A DNA stretch of 64,000 bases from Candidatus Bathyarchaeota archaeon (GCA_963706285.1 CAVPLU010000004.1:384001-448000), one strand, 5' to 3'; counted from the stretch's first letter, positions 31,316-42,486 are shown. The notes: a model not told the origin generated them from the sequence alone. Made by a program: numbers and translations.

Positions 31316-33577
31316 TTGAGGATCGAAGAGCTACCAATCGCGGATCAGATCAAACGCGTCCTCACAGAGAAGGGCTATGATGAACTCTACCCGCCACAAG
31401 TTGACGCGATAGCCGCAGGCGTTCTGACTGGCAAGAACGTAGTCCTCGCTAGTCCAACAGCTTCGGGAAAAACGCTCGTAGCCGAGTTGGCTATTTTGAA
31501 GAAGATCACGGAAGGCAAAGGGAAAGCGCTATACTTGACTCCGCTTCGAGCACTTGCTAGCGAGAAATACGATGAATTCAAGAAGTACTCAGATCTCAAG
31601 AAACCTGACGGCCACAAAGTCAGGATAGCGATATCAAGCGGCGACTACGACGAGTCCGACGAACGCCTAGGAAACTACGACATAATAATCGCAACAAATG
31701 AGAAAGCAGACTCCCTTCTGCGTCACAAAGCGAAATGGATCTTAGATGTTGCGCTCATCGTTGCCGACGAAGTCCACCTACTCAACGAGGCTAAGAGGGG
31801 TCCAACCCTTGAAGTGGTCATAACACGGCTGAGGAAGCTAAACCCCAACATGCAACTGCTTGCACTCAGCGCCACAGTAAGAAACGCGGCGGAAGTGGCA
31901 GACTGGGTCGGAGCCTCAGCAATAACTACCGAGTGGAGGCCGGTCCCACTAAAAGAGGGCGTACACTGTCAAAACGAGATACATTTCAAGGATGGATCTT
32001 CCAAAACGATTCAGTCGATTACAGGTAATCCAATCATGGATATTGCATTGCAGACGCTCCATGAAGGCGGCCAAGCACTCCTTTTTGCTGAAACGCGCAG
32101 ATCGGCCGTGCAGATGGGGAAAAGAGCCGCAGCCATTCTCAGCAAAGTGGTCTCGCCAGGTGAGAAACGATCTTCCGAGCTTGTAGCTCGCAAGATCAGA
32201 ACAAGCGGAGAAAAGACAGGGCTCAGCGAAATCTTAGCAGATCAGGTGACCCAAGGAGCCGGGTTCCATCACGCGGGACTTGATGCCACACATAGGAGAA
32301 TAGTCGAAGACGCGTTCAGGGAAGGCAAAATCAAGATGCTCGCTGCTACCCCGACCCTAGCAGCCGGCGTCAACCTGCCAGCACGCCTTGTCGTTATTAC
32401 AAGTCATGAGCGATATGAGGCAGGATACGGAAGATACCCAATCTCGGTGCTTGAGTACAAACAATTCTGCGGCCGCGCGGGGCGGCCCAAGTACGACGAG
32501 TATGGGGAAGCCGTGCTCATCGCGCAGACGGAAGAGGAACGAGACGCCCTTCTTGAGAACTATGTGTTAGCGAAACCAGAGCGACTTTGGTCAAGACTAG
32601 GCGTAGAGAAAGTTCTGCGGCCGCACGTTCTATCAACAATTGCGACGGGCTTTGCCCGTTCCGACGAAGGACTACGGGACTTTTTCTCAAGCACATTCTA
32701 TGCCTACCAATACGGTCCTCGAGCCATCGCCTCGCGCATGGCGGACATTCTGAAGTACCTCGCCAAAGAAGAGATGATCACCTACGATGGGCAGGAGCTC
32801 GTGGCAACAAGGTTTGGGCGGAGAGTCTCGGAACTCTACATCGACCCGGTCTCTGCCGTAACGATTAGAGACGGGCTCTACAGAAGAGCAGTGAACCTCA
32901 CGGACTTCAGCTACCTCCACCTAATCGCTCGGACCCCGGACATTGCTCCTAGAGTATACCCAAGGCGAGGCGATGACGAGAAGCTTGCATCAATGGCGAG
33001 CGAGAGAGCTCAAGAATTCATGTGCGAGATTCCAGACGAACTTCTGGGATCATTTGATCCACATTACGAGGATTTCTTGTCAGAGGTCAAGACGGCGGCG
33101 GTTCTTCTAGATTGGATTGAAGAGACCTCGGAGGATGAGATACTGAAAAAGCACAGAGTCGAGCCAGGTGATCTTATGAGGTTGGTCCAGATCGCCGACT
33201 GGCTTCTCTATTCCGCACAAGAGCTTGGAGACCTCTTTGGGCACAAGGACTTGAGGAAACCGCTTGGACAGCTTAGGCTTAGAGTGGAAAAGGGGACCAA
33301 GGCCGACGTAATCCCATTGCTGAGTCTGCAGGGAGTAGGTCGAGCCAGGGCCCGTGCATTGCACAATGCGGGATTTCAGACCATTGAGGACATCCGGAAA
33401 GCATCTCCATCACAGCTTGCCTTGGTTCCGCTGATTGGCACCAAACTCGCAAAGAAGATCAAAGAGCAAGCGGGTGGCTTGATTAAATCTGAGGAATGGG
33501 AAGAAATCAAATCAACCCGTGACGAAACTGAACAGAGCCTACTCACGGAGTATTCTAACAATGACCGAGTCGGCTGA
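31316..33577 (+). CDS. hel308: Hel308/Hjm Ski2-like DNA helicase
   Basis: PTASGKT, DEVH, SAT, FHHAGL, GVNLPA, QFCGRAGRP, HhH. Confidence 0.95.
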   Translation: MRIEELPIADQIKRVLTEKGYDELYPPQVDAIAAGVLTGKNVVLASPTASGKTLVAELAILKKITEGKGKALYLTPLRALASEKYDEFKKYSDLKKPDGHKVRIAISSGDYDESDERLGNYDIIIATNEKADSLLRHKAKWILDVALIVADEVHLLNEAKRGPTLEVVITRLRKLNPNMQLLALSATVRNAAEVADWVGASAITTEWRPVPLKEGVHCQNEIHFKDGSSKTIQSITGNPIMDIALQTLHEGGQALLFAETRRSAVQMGKRAAAILSKVVSPGEKRSSELVARKIRTSGEKTGLSEILADQVTQGAGFHHAGLDATHRRIVEDAFREGKIKMLAATPTLAAGVNLPARLVVITSHERYEAGYGRYPISVLEYKQFCGRAGRPKYDEYGEAVLIAQTEEERDALLENYVLAKPERLWSRLGVEKVLRPHVLSTIATGFARSDEGLRDFFSSTFYAYQYGPRAIASRMADILKYLAKEEMITYDGQELVATRFGRRVSELYIDPVSAVTIRDGLYRRAVNLTDFSYLHLIARTPDIAPRVYPRRGDDEKLASMASERAQEFMCEIPDELLGSFDPHYEDFLSEVKTAAVLLDWIEETSEDEILKKHRVEPGDLMRLVQIADWLLYSAQELGDLFGHKDLRKPLGQLRLRVEKGTKADVIPLLSLQGVGRARARALHNAGFQTIEDIRKASPSQLALVPLIGTKLAKKIKEQAGGLIKSEEWEEIKSTRDETEQSLLTEYSNNDRVG

Positions 33578-33922
33578 CCACTACCGGATCTCCTAGAAGA
33601 CTGGGGAACATTTCCCCGTTCTCACACTCTTATGTCAAAGCGCGTCTGTGTACTCGGGATTTTCCAGAACTTCATCGCAGCATTCGCTGAAAGTTGTCAT
33701 GTATGCTGGACCCCAGCTTTCTTCAAGTAGTAAGGTGTGTTGCTGGTGCGGGCTTGGGCTGGGGTGGGGATGGTTGCAAAGCTTTCTGGTAGACCGTGTG
33801 GGAGGTCCTAGTTGAAAGAAGCACCTAGTCTCCGGATTCACATTTTGGCCATTCGGTGGATTTGCAGACGTTAATACACCAAATCATAAATCCAAAATGG
33901 TGGAGCATTCTCTGTGTTCGCG

Positions 33923-34117
33923 ATGAAAGAAGTTCGGCTCTGTCCAAGATGCAAGGAACCTTTGAAGAAGAACGAAGAACGATATGCCATTCCTCGGTTA
34001 TGGCACTCGCCTCATGACGCCATACTGTCGGGAAAGCAGGTAGAACTTCACACTTGTACGAAATGTCATTATGTCGAAATCGTGGAGGTCGAGAACATAA
34101 CACTCACCGAAGAATAA
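33923..34117 (+). CDS. Small zinc-ribbon protein
   Basis: CPRC...CTKCHYVE. Confidence 0.6.
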   Translation: MKEVRLCPRCKEPLKKNEERYAIPRLWHSPHDAILSGKQVELHTCTKCHYVEIVEVENITLTEE

Positions 34118-34205
34118 AGGAAAAGGACTACCCGAAAGCCAGAATTCCAAACAGCAATGATGCAGTGATAGGTCTGCATAGGCAAGGCATAGGTGAACAG
34201 GCGAT

Positions 34206-35688
34206 TTGGGTGGAATTGCGGCGGTCTTCTCCAAGTCTCCAATTGATGCACCCCAGGTTGTCGCAAAGATGCTCTCTGCGATGCAACACCGCGGAAAGGA
34301 CGCGGCGGCAGTTGCTTGGGGTGACAGTCTCGAATCCACCACTGATCTCCCAGGCCGCTTAGTAGCATCATCGTCCAAGAGAAGGATAGCAGTTGGGTAT
34401 TGTTTCACCAAGATACTCCCAAGCGATATCCCTCAGCCGGTCCGAGCAGGTGAAGCTTGGTTCAGCATGGATGGGAGAATTGTGGCGAATGGACAGCTTG
34501 TCGGGGGAAGTCAGGCAGCGCGAATCTTAGAAAGCAGACTTACCCCGACCAGATTCTCCTCAATTCGAAGGGACGTAGACGGAGCATATGCCCTCTGCTG
34601 TTGCACAGATGAATGGCTGCTTGTCACGCGAGACCAGCTTGGCCTCAAACCAATCTACTTCGGCCATCAGGATGACTTGATAGCGGTTGCATCAGACCGT
34701 AAGGCGCTTTGGGCCATTGGAATTGCCGATACCAAGATCTTTCCAGTCGGTGGTTGTTTAGAGGCAACCGAGGTCGGATCAACTGTTGACTCTCCGATCC
34801 CTGAGATCGAGGTAGCTAAGAACAACGCCTGACACGAGCGTAGATCATGCTCAACTTCTCGGGTTGCTGACTGAGTCGGTCTCAATTCAGACTGCTGGGC
34901 TAGGCGCAGTGGCCGTCGGGTTTTCGGGAGGTCTCGATAGCACGGTGCTTGCCAAGATTGCGAAGAATGCGGGACTGGATTTGCTTCTAGTGACGGTTGG
35001 CGTTGGCCGAACGGTCGAGATGAGTCTAGCAGAATCGACAGCTAGAACCTTGGATTTGCCCATTGTCGTGAAGGAGTTCTCGAAGAAGGATGTGGCAGAA
35101 TGTCTTGACCATGTCCTGTGGCTGATAGAAGACCCAAGCCTGATGAAGGTCAGCATTGCCATGGCGATACGATGGATTGCACAGATTGCTTCGGGAAACG
35201 GAAGATCTGTGATCATACTCGGGCAGGGCAGTGACGAGCTCTTCGGTGGGTACAAGAGATTCGCTACGATTCTAGGCGAGCGTGGAGAAGCAGCGGCCTC
35301 GCAGGCGATCTCGGAGAGTGTTCGAGATGCACATGAAGTGAACTATCAGAGGGACGAGCAGGCCGTCTCTGGGCTTCGCGCCGAGCTGAGGCTTCCGTTC
35401 GCGACAAGGAAGATTGCAGAGTTTGCCTCCAGAGTGCCTCTCAGCATGAAAGTCCGTGACCCTTCGGACAATCTTCGGAAATGGATTCTTCGTGATGCCG
35501 CAATCAAGCTCGGCATTCCGTCTGAGATCGCACTAAGACCGAAGAAGGCAATACAACACGCATCAGGAGTAGAGAAGGCGATTCGTGAGATCGCCAAGCA
35601 CGACCAACTTTCCCCTTCAGCCTATCTAGAACAGAGATTGCAGACGATGAAGCGCGATCTTACAGACCGCGAATCCGTACGAACCTAG
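34206..35688 (+). CDS. Asparagine synthase (AsnB)-like protein, split by a 1-nt frameshift near 34818
   Basis: Ntn domain (HRG.D, RD.LG.KPIY) in 34206-34832; synthetase domain (FSGGLDS, GQGSDELFGGY, LRLPF, RKWILR, RPKKAIQ) in 34864-35688. Confidence 0.85.
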
Positions 35689-35703
35689 CAAGCTATTAGA
35701 TGA

Positions 35704-36298
35704 ATGACCCAAAGTCTGCTTGATCAAAGCGAATCGCAGGAATCGGGTCTCTTGTCTGACATAGCTCATCTTCTGCCGAGGTGCCCCAGATGTGGATACG
35801 GTCTGCGCATGGTGCGTGGATACTGGTGGTGCGATGTCTGCAGAGCACCTCTCGCCTCTCAGAAGAGGTCCATCAATTCGCGAAACGCTTCCGGCGAGCT
35901 GGAGAGAGCCTCCGACGATTCTTAGCACCGCCCCCCCGGAGACGACCTGTCTTGAGCTACCCAGCAAGGATCGCTGGCACAACAGAGCGAAGCCCGCCGC
36001 TTGCACGATGCCCCACTTGCGGAGCCCTCACGCCAAGAGATGCGCGTCTCATGCGTTCATTGCGGCGCGGCATTCGGTCGACCGGTAGATGTGCCTCCGC
36101 CGCGTCCACCTCCGATCCCAGCGGATCTCACAACACGACGAAGCAGTGTATCGTTACATTGTCGAGAAGACCGGGAGAAATATCGCTCTCAAAGGCATCT
36201 GCGGATCTTCAACATGACCGATCCCTGAACTCCAAGCCTCAATACGAAGACTCGAAGATTCAGGAAAGATCTCGCGAGACAGCACGCAGAGAAGCTAG
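35704..36298 (+). pseudogene. Multiply frameshifted zinc-ribbon plus winged-HTH protein (pseudogene or error-rich consensus)
   Basis: CPRCG..WWCDVC, CPTCGA/CVHCGA and GEISLSKASADL...ELQASIRRLEDSGKI lie in different frames. Confidence 0.55.
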
Positions 36299-36348
36299 TC
36301 AAAGCACCAGAGCCGGAGGATCTCCCTATGGAGGATCCGCTCCGTCCT

Positions 36349-38784
36349 TCAGATACTACTTCTTCCTTTCGCTTTGGATGTACGTTTCGTCTTTGAAGGT
36401 GCTTCGGAGAATCGGGCAAGGGTCTCTGCCATTTCTCTCAGGCGACGGTCAACTTTCTCGTTCACCGTGTTAGGTTCGAAGGTTCCGTCCTTTCTTCTTT
36501 CGCCCGCTTTCACTCCTGTCAAGATTTCTATGCCTTCGTCGATGGTGCTAGCTGTGTAAATGTGGAATCGGCCGTCTTTCACGGCTTTGACAACTTCCTC
36601 CTTGAGCATTAGGTCTTGGGCGTTGCTTTTCGGTATCATCACGGATTCGTCGCCCTTGAATCCTATGGCTTTGCAGACTTCGAAGAAGCCTTCGATCTTC
36701 TCATTCACTCCACCGATCGCTTGAACTTCTCCTCTCTGGTTGACGGACCCGGTGACGGCGATGTTTTGCTTGATCGGAATGTCTGCCAAAGAGGACAGTA
36801 TCGCATAGAGTTCGGCGCTGGAGGCGCTGTCGCCTTCTACTCCTTCGTAGCTCTGCTCGAAAACGAGTCTTGCAGAGAGGCTTAACGGCTTGTCTTGGGC
36901 GTACTTGTTCGCAAGGTAGCCGCCCAGTATGAGTACGCCCTTCGTGTGTATTGGACCGCCCATTTTTGCTTCGCGTTCTATGTCGAGTACGCCTCCTCTT
37001 CCGAGGCCTATGCTCGCGGTGACCCTTGATGGTCTGCCGAATTCAAAGTCCCCGAGGCCTATGACGGACAGGCCGTTCACTTGACCCGTCTTTGCTCCTG
37101 ACGTGTCTATGAGAAAGAGCCCTCGCTGAATCATCTCAACGATCTTTTCCTGGATGAGGTTGGATCGGTAGACTTTTTCCTCGAGCGCCTTGGTGATATG
37201 CTTCGCATTGATGTACTTGGAATGATCTTGGCTGGCATAGTAGTTGGCTTCCCGTATGAGGTCAGAGACTTCTGCGAAACGCGTTGACAGTTTCCTCTGG
37301 TCTTCTGCTAGCCTTGAACCGTGTTCCACGACTTTCGCGATAGCTGAGGCCTCGAGATGCTTCAGTCCTTCCTTCTCGCAGATGGTGCACACAAACGAGG
37401 CGTACCTTCGCAGATTCTCTTTGTTTCTTTCGATTGTGGTGTCGAAGTCGGCTTTCACCTTGAAGAATTCGCGGTATTCAGGATCATATGCGACTAGTAG
37501 TTGGTAGACCTGTGGGTTTCCAACCAAGATGACTTTGACATTGAGCGGTATTGGTTGGGGAGTGAGAGTCTTCGTGGTGATGAAACCTAGGTGTTCGCCG
37601 GGTTCTTCGATGGCTATCTTGTTGTTTCTCAGCGCTCTCTTCAGCCCATCGTACGATAGTGGGTTTGTCAGCAGGCTCTCCACTGGAATAACCAGATATC
37701 CGCCGTTCGCCCTGTGTATGGACCCGCCTTTTACTAGTGTGAAATCGGTTGAAAAGCTTCCAAATTGAGCTTCTTTCTCAATTCTCCCAAACAGGTTGAG
37801 GTACGTAGCGTTCTCCTCAAAAACGACTGGCGCACCCTTCAGCTTTGAGTTGTCAACAATGACGTTCGCCTCGTATCTTCTGAAGGGCAGGTCCTTCATC
37901 CAGGGAGCCATCAGTTTCTCTTGCGGGCTAGTCGGTTCCTGCGGGCCGGCAAAGATCTCATAGTTCTCAAGGATGTCGGCTCTGACATCTTTTAGATAAC
38001 TGATCACGTCGGGGATTTCCTCGTAAGATTTCTGGAGTGTATCCATCAGAAAGCCCATTGCGTATTGGATTGCGTCATTGCTGAGCTTTCTGAGCGCAGA
38101 TCTGGTCTCTTTCTCCAGAGCGGCTACCTGTTTCATGGCTTCCTCGAACTTGCTTTCGAGGCCAGTCCTCTTCTCGTCGAATTCCTTCCTCACGTGGTCG
38201 GGCAACGACGCGAGTTCTTCTTCAGCAATCAACTTGCCATTTAGGATTGGTACCAAAGTGACGCCGAGATGCGTTGCCTGTATCGAGAAACCGGCTCGTT
38301 TCGCCTCATCTCCGAGATCAGACAGTATCTTGTTTCTTCTCTCTTCGGCAGTCTTGATCAGTGTCTCTCTCTTAGATTGAAATTCGTCGCTTTGGAGGGC
38401 TCTCGGAACCGCTCGCTGTGCCTCTTCTATGAAATTGTTAAGATCCTTTTGGAAAATCCTCGCCCTGCCTGTGGGGAGCCTTATGCAGACTGGTTCGTAC
38501 GAATTATGGAAATTATTCACATAGCACCAGTCGGGAGGAGTCGGGCGGTCCTTGGCTATGGCTTCGAGGAAGTTCCTCACGGCCGTCGTCTTGCCGGTGC
38601 CTGGCGGGCCTGCCACGTAGAGGTTGAATCCCTTCTCTTCTATTCCTAGCCCCAGATTCAGGGCTCGAAGAGCACGGTCTTGCCCGATGATACCTTCTAG
38701 AGGTGCGAGTTCCCCGCTTGTACGGCACTCTAACGGTTCGCTTTCGGCTCTAAGTTCTTTTGGTGAGAGTTCAGTGACTACCAA
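36349..38784 (-). CDS. Lon-like protease (LonC type, soluble)
   Basis: IIGQDRA, GPPGTGKT, coiled-coil insert, HRANGGYL, EGDSAS catalytic Ser, GGVNEK Lys. Confidence 0.9.
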   Translation of the reverse strand: MVVTELSPKELRAESEPLECRTSGELAPLEGIIGQDRALRALNLGLGIEEKGFNLYVAGPPGTGKTTAVRNFLEAIAKDRPTPPDWCYVNNFHNSYEPVCIRLPTGRARIFQKDLNNFIEEAQRAVPRALQSDEFQSKRETLIKTAEERRNKILSDLGDEAKRAGFSIQATHLGVTLVPILNGKLIAEEELASLPDHVRKEFDEKRTGLESKFEEAMKQVAALEKETRSALRKLSNDAIQYAMGFLMDTLQKSYEEIPDVISYLKDVRADILENYEIFAGPQEPTSPQEKLMAPWMKDLPFRRYEANVIVDNSKLKGAPVVFEENATYLNLFGRIEKEAQFGSFSTDFTLVKGGSIHRANGGYLVIPVESLLTNPLSYDGLKRALRNNKIAIEEPGEHLGFITTKTLTPQPIPLNVKVILVGNPQVYQLLVAYDPEYREFFKVKADFDTTIERNKENLRRYASFVCTICEKEGLKHLEASAIAKVVEHGSRLAEDQRKLSTRFAEVSDLIREANYYASQDHSKYINAKHITKALEEKVYRSNLIQEKIVEMIQRGLFLIDTSGAKTGQVNGLSVIGLGDFEFGRPSRVTASIGLGRGGVLDIEREAKMGGPIHTKGVLILGGYLANKYAQDKPLSLSARLVFEQSYEGVEGDSASSAELYAILSSLADIPIKQNIAVTGSVNQRGEVQAIGGVNEKIEGFFEVCKAIGFKGDESVMIPKSNAQDLMLKEEVVKAVKDGRFHIYTASTIDEGIEILTGVKAGERRKDGTFEPNTVNEKVDRRLREMAETLARFSEAPSKTKRTSKAKGRSSI

Positions 38785-39075
38785 GGCGCATCGCGATGAT
38801 GTGTCTGCGCGTTTTCCTATATATGGAACATGCTTTGACAGTGAACACTGACTTGATTGGACGTTGTTTGAGAAGATGCTCAGCGCGTTCTGATTAGATA
38901 CTCCGCGATGCCATAGCTCACCTTAGAATCCATCTCATATCGCGCGAGATTCTCATGCATGAGAGAGCTTCCACCATCTCTATTGGCAAGAGGAACAACC
39001 GCTTTCCTAGGTTCCTAGGGTGGTTTCGAAATCTTATCTTGTGCAGGCTGATACGACTCTGGGCTAGTGGCGACG

Positions 39076-40260
39076 ATGAGTACAGGAAAAGAGAAGAGAT
39101 TCTCCACGACCGCTGTCAGGGGTGGCGAGAGAGTCGATCCGGAGACTGGAGCAGTTGTCACGCCCATATACGAGACTTCAGTCTTCGCCTTCACAAGCAC
39201 GCAACAATTGATCAATGCAGTAAGTGAGAAGACCGACCGTGATGTATACACGAGATGGAGCAACCCTACGATCACGGCAGCCGAGAAGAAGATAGCCGCT
39301 CTGGAGGGTGCCGATGATTGTGCAGTGTTCGCATCGGGTATGGCAGCCATCTCAACCGCAATTATCAGTCTCGTTTCCCCAGGAGATCATGTGGTATCAG
39401 TCCGTGATTTGTACGGCGGAACTGTAGAACTATTCTCGAACTTCATGACTAGGTTCGGAGTTCAGACGACCTTCGTTGACGCAGCAAACGCCGGCGAGAT
39501 CGAGTCAGCAGTCAAGCGCAATACGAAGATCATCTTTGTTGAAACTCCGACAAATCCAACTCTGAAACTCGTGGATCTTTCCAAGGTGGTGGAGATAGCC
39601 AAGAAGAATGGCGCGAAAGTGATCGTCGACAGTACCTTTGGCACTCCGTTCAATCAGCAGCCTCTACAGTTCGGCTGCAGTGCGGTAATCCATAGCGCGA
39701 CAAAGTACCTAGCAGGACACAATGACGTTACAGCGGGAGCAGTAGCAGGATCGAAGGAACTCATTCAGCCTATGAAGAAGCTTCGCAGAATCTTGGGAGG
39801 TGTCCTTGACCCTCACGCAGCCTGGCTGATGCTGAGGGGAATGAAGACTCTAGCGGTTCGAATGGAGAAACATAACCAGAACGGCCAGAAGATAGCGGAA
39901 TACCTTCAATCTCACCCAAAGGTAGAGAGAGTGTACTACCCGGGTCTAAGCACGCATCCACAGTATTCTCTTGCGAAGAGACAGATGAAGGGGTTCGGAG
40001 GAGTGCTGAGTTTTGAAATCAAAGGCGACCTGAATAGTGCAATTCGGTTCGTCGACAGCCTCAAGCTAGCACTTATCGGGGCGAGTTTGGGTGGACCGGA
40101 GACGTTGGTCAGTCAGCCCAGCACAGTATCTCACGCTTTCATGAATCCCGAGGAAAGGCGGAGAGCAGGAATAGCTGACTCGCTAATCAGACTCTCATTA
40201 GGAATAGAGGATGCGGATGACATAATCTCTGATCTAGATCAGGCATTCGAAAGAGTGTAG
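39076..40260 (+). CDS. Cys/Met metabolism PLP enzyme (cystathionine gamma-synthase/methionine gamma-lyase family)
   Basis: YTRWSNPT, SGMAAI, ETPTNP, HSATKYLAGH, RGMKTL, SLGG.ETL. Confidence 0.92.
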   Translation: MSTGKEKRFSTTAVRGGERVDPETGAVVTPIYETSVFAFTSTQQLINAVSEKTDRDVYTRWSNPTITAAEKKIAALEGADDCAVFASGMAAISTAIISLVSPGDHVVSVRDLYGGTVELFSNFMTRFGVQTTFVDAANAGEIESAVKRNTKIIFVETPTNPTLKLVDLSKVVEIAKKNGAKVIVDSTFGTPFNQQPLQFGCSAVIHSATKYLAGHNDVTAGAVAGSKELIQPMKKLRRILGGVLDPHAAWLMLRGMKTLAVRMEKHNQNGQKIAEYLQSHPKVERVYYPGLSTHPQYSLAKRQMKGFGGVLSFEIKGDLNSAIRFVDSLKLALIGASLGGPETLVSQPSTVSHAFMNPEERRRAGIADSLIRLSLGIEDADDIISDLDQAFERV

Positions 40261-40462
40261 ACTGCTCTTCACGTTGGCAAGGCGCTCTACGCCGATCTGT
40301 GTGCAATTATGCCCCTTGTCATATTCAAGACTCGCAATTTCGTAAGGTTTCGCACGAAGATTGCGCTGTTACTGACGATGTTGAGGTCCGATCCCATCTG
40401 TCGCTTGGATCAGTGATCTCTTGCCAAGGAATCAGAGCCAAATCCAAAGGATCGAATAGTAG

Positions 40463-40581
40463 TGGCGGGCCCGGTGGGATTCGAACCCACGACCTCTGGC
40501 TTTCTGCCGAGTCGTCCGCAGGCTTCCGCGAGGAGGCTGTGCCTCCGCTCAACGTCATGATCCTGGCTAGACTACGGGCCC
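40463..40581 (-). tRNA. tRNA-Arg(GCG) with introns at 29/30 (40524-40549) and 37/38 (40502-40515); CCA encoded
   Basis: Spliced GGGCCCGTAGTCTAGCCAGGATCATGACGTTG|GCCTGCGG|AGCCAGAGGTCGTGGGTTCGAATCCCACCGGGCCCGCCA; canonical BHB helix CTGC/GCAG. Confidence 0.9.
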
Positions 40582-40648
40582 GTGCAAACCGATATGCGAA
40601 ATCTACCGCACTTTGGCTGCTGAGGTCTGCTAAGTGATCGCTCTGAGG

Positions 40649-42286
40649 CTATGTGGTTTTCGGAGTTGACTTTGCTATGTCTGTGCTCACGGAGCTTAGT
40701 GCTCGGTCTAGAGCGTCGGCGACATTCTCTCGCCCCATCGCTTCCACGTAGGGTCCTAGTCGGGGTCCCTTTGGCGACCCGAGAAGGATCTCGTATAGGA
40801 TCTTGAAGAATCCTGGAGGTTCGACTCCATGCTTCTTTGCGACTTCGAAGATCGAGTTCTGAATGATGTCGGCCGAAGCCTGCCCTCTTATGACTGTGGT
40901 AAGCTCGCGGACGGCATCTACTTCCGTGCCGGAGAGTGTCGGGATGTGTTCTGTTATTTCGGCGAAGTCTTCCGCCCAATTCTGTGCGTATGCTAGGCGT
41001 GCGTCAATGCCCACCGGTTCTTTTCCGTGCAAGTAGCTGTATTCTTCCAGTTTCGCTAGGATGTACTCCTTCTCCTTTCCTTTCGGCGCAACCTTCGCGA
41101 GATAGACAAGCAGGTTGTAGGGAATGTGCATGTCTGGTTGTTGGGGTGGTTTGAGGCGCCAAACATACTCGTAGAGGCCTCTCAGTTCCGTTAGTTCGAA
41201 CTTGTCTTCGATCGCCTTCTTTCCGAAATAGATGTCTTCAAGATTGTCGAGTTCCATCATGTATGTTGGTACGTCATCCACTGACAACGTTCTCGCGCCC
41301 ACAATCCGTTTCAACATCAGCAGGATCAGAGACTCTGGTGAGGCGTACCGGAGCCAGATTTGGGGAGTGAAGACGTTGCCAACCGATTTCGAGATCTTCT
41401 TTCCGGACTTGTCAAGGAACATTTCATAGCGAACGTGGTATGGTGGAGCATAGCCGAGTATCTCCTGGCAGATGCGGTCGTTGACTCGCACCGAGTCCAG
41501 AATGTCCTTACCATACGCTTCGAAGTTGATTCCTAGTGCTTGCCATCGAGCCGCAAATTCGCTCTTCCAGCTAAGTTTGCCGTTGCCTTCGAGTACGTTT
41601 GCTTCGCCTCTGAATCCGCATCCTTGCAGCTCTTGCCCGCGGATGTCGATCTGTCCCTCACATGAATAGGAGACCTTGTGTTCGTCTGGTAGGTACTTGT
41701 GTGCACGAGTTGTGTAGATTCTGCCGCAGCCGCCGCATATGGGGAAGTATGGCAGGACTTCAGTGTACTTCTCCTGTCCTAGATCTTCCTTTATGATCTT
41801 CGCGACTCTGTCGGCGTTCTCAAGGATTTTCACGATCTGTTCGTTATAGAGGCCGTCATGGTATGCTTTCTTTGCAGAATAGAATGTGTACTCGATTCCG
41901 CACTTGTCTAGAGCTTCGCGGAGAAGTGAACTCATGTGATCTCCGTAACTAGCATGGCAGTTGAACGGGTCCGGTATGGACGTTACCGGATAGCCTAGAT
42001 ATGTGGCAAGCGACGCTGGCATGCCCGCCGGAACTTTCCTTAATCCATCGAGGTCATCTGAGAAAGCTAAGTACTCCGCTTTCCTGCCGAGCGTCTCGAC
42101 GGCGAGCTTGATCGCGTATGATCTTACGCCGTCGCTTAGGCTACCAACATGGGGTATTCCAGAGGCGCCCAATCCACTCTCGGTTCTAATCACTGGCGGG
42201 TTTCTGCCTAACTGCTCCTCTCTTTCGAGGACTCTATGCGCGACAAGGTCGAGCCAGGTCCCCCGTCCGATGATCTGTCTCGACAT
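40649..42286 (-). CDS. lysS: Lysyl-tRNA synthetase, class I
   Basis: SGIPHVG (HIGH), KISKS (KMSKS), GPRLG. Confidence 0.95.
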   Translation of the reverse strand: MSRQIIGRGTWLDLVAHRVLEREEQLGRNPPVIRTESGLGASGIPHVGSLSDGVRSYAIKLAVETLGRKAEYLAFSDDLDGLRKVPAGMPASLATYLGYPVTSIPDPFNCHASYGDHMSSLLREALDKCGIEYTFYSAKKAYHDGLYNEQIVKILENADRVAKIIKEDLGQEKYTEVLPYFPICGGCGRIYTTRAHKYLPDEHKVSYSCEGQIDIRGQELQGCGFRGEANVLEGNGKLSWKSEFAARWQALGINFEAYGKDILDSVRVNDRICQEILGYAPPYHVRYEMFLDKSGKKISKSVGNVFTPQIWLRYASPESLILLMLKRIVGARTLSVDDVPTYMMELDNLEDIYFGKKAIEDKFELTELRGLYEYVWRLKPPQQPDMHIPYNLLVYLAKVAPKGKEKEYILAKLEEYSYLHGKEPVGIDARLAYAQNWAEDFAEITEHIPTLSGTEVDAVRELTTVIRGQASADIIQNSIFEVAKKHGVEPPGFFKILYEILLGSPKGPRLGPYVEAMGRENVADALDRALSSVSTDIAKSTPKTT

Positions 42287-42486
42287 GTTATGCGCTTCCG
42301 GATTGTAGACTGTTATGCGCTTTGCAGATCATAAAGGTTTGACGCAACTATTCACCAAGCATGCAGTCTCGGATCAGAGACACATCGAGAAACGCTTTTA
42401 GCGTGGCCCATTCGCTAGCTGCGAACATCTCACAGCTAGAGGAGCGAGATGAGAGTCAACCGCGAAACCCGAGCGCTAGAAGGTTA

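Noticed and set aside
33635-33841. 68-aa minus-strand ORF between hel308 and the zinc-ribbon gene
   Set aside because: No recognisable motif; coding status unsupported
38951-38964. Perfect 14-bp palindrome TCTCATGCATGAGA between the lon-like and Cys/Met genes
   Set aside because: Single occurrence with no second copy or linked regulator; could be chance
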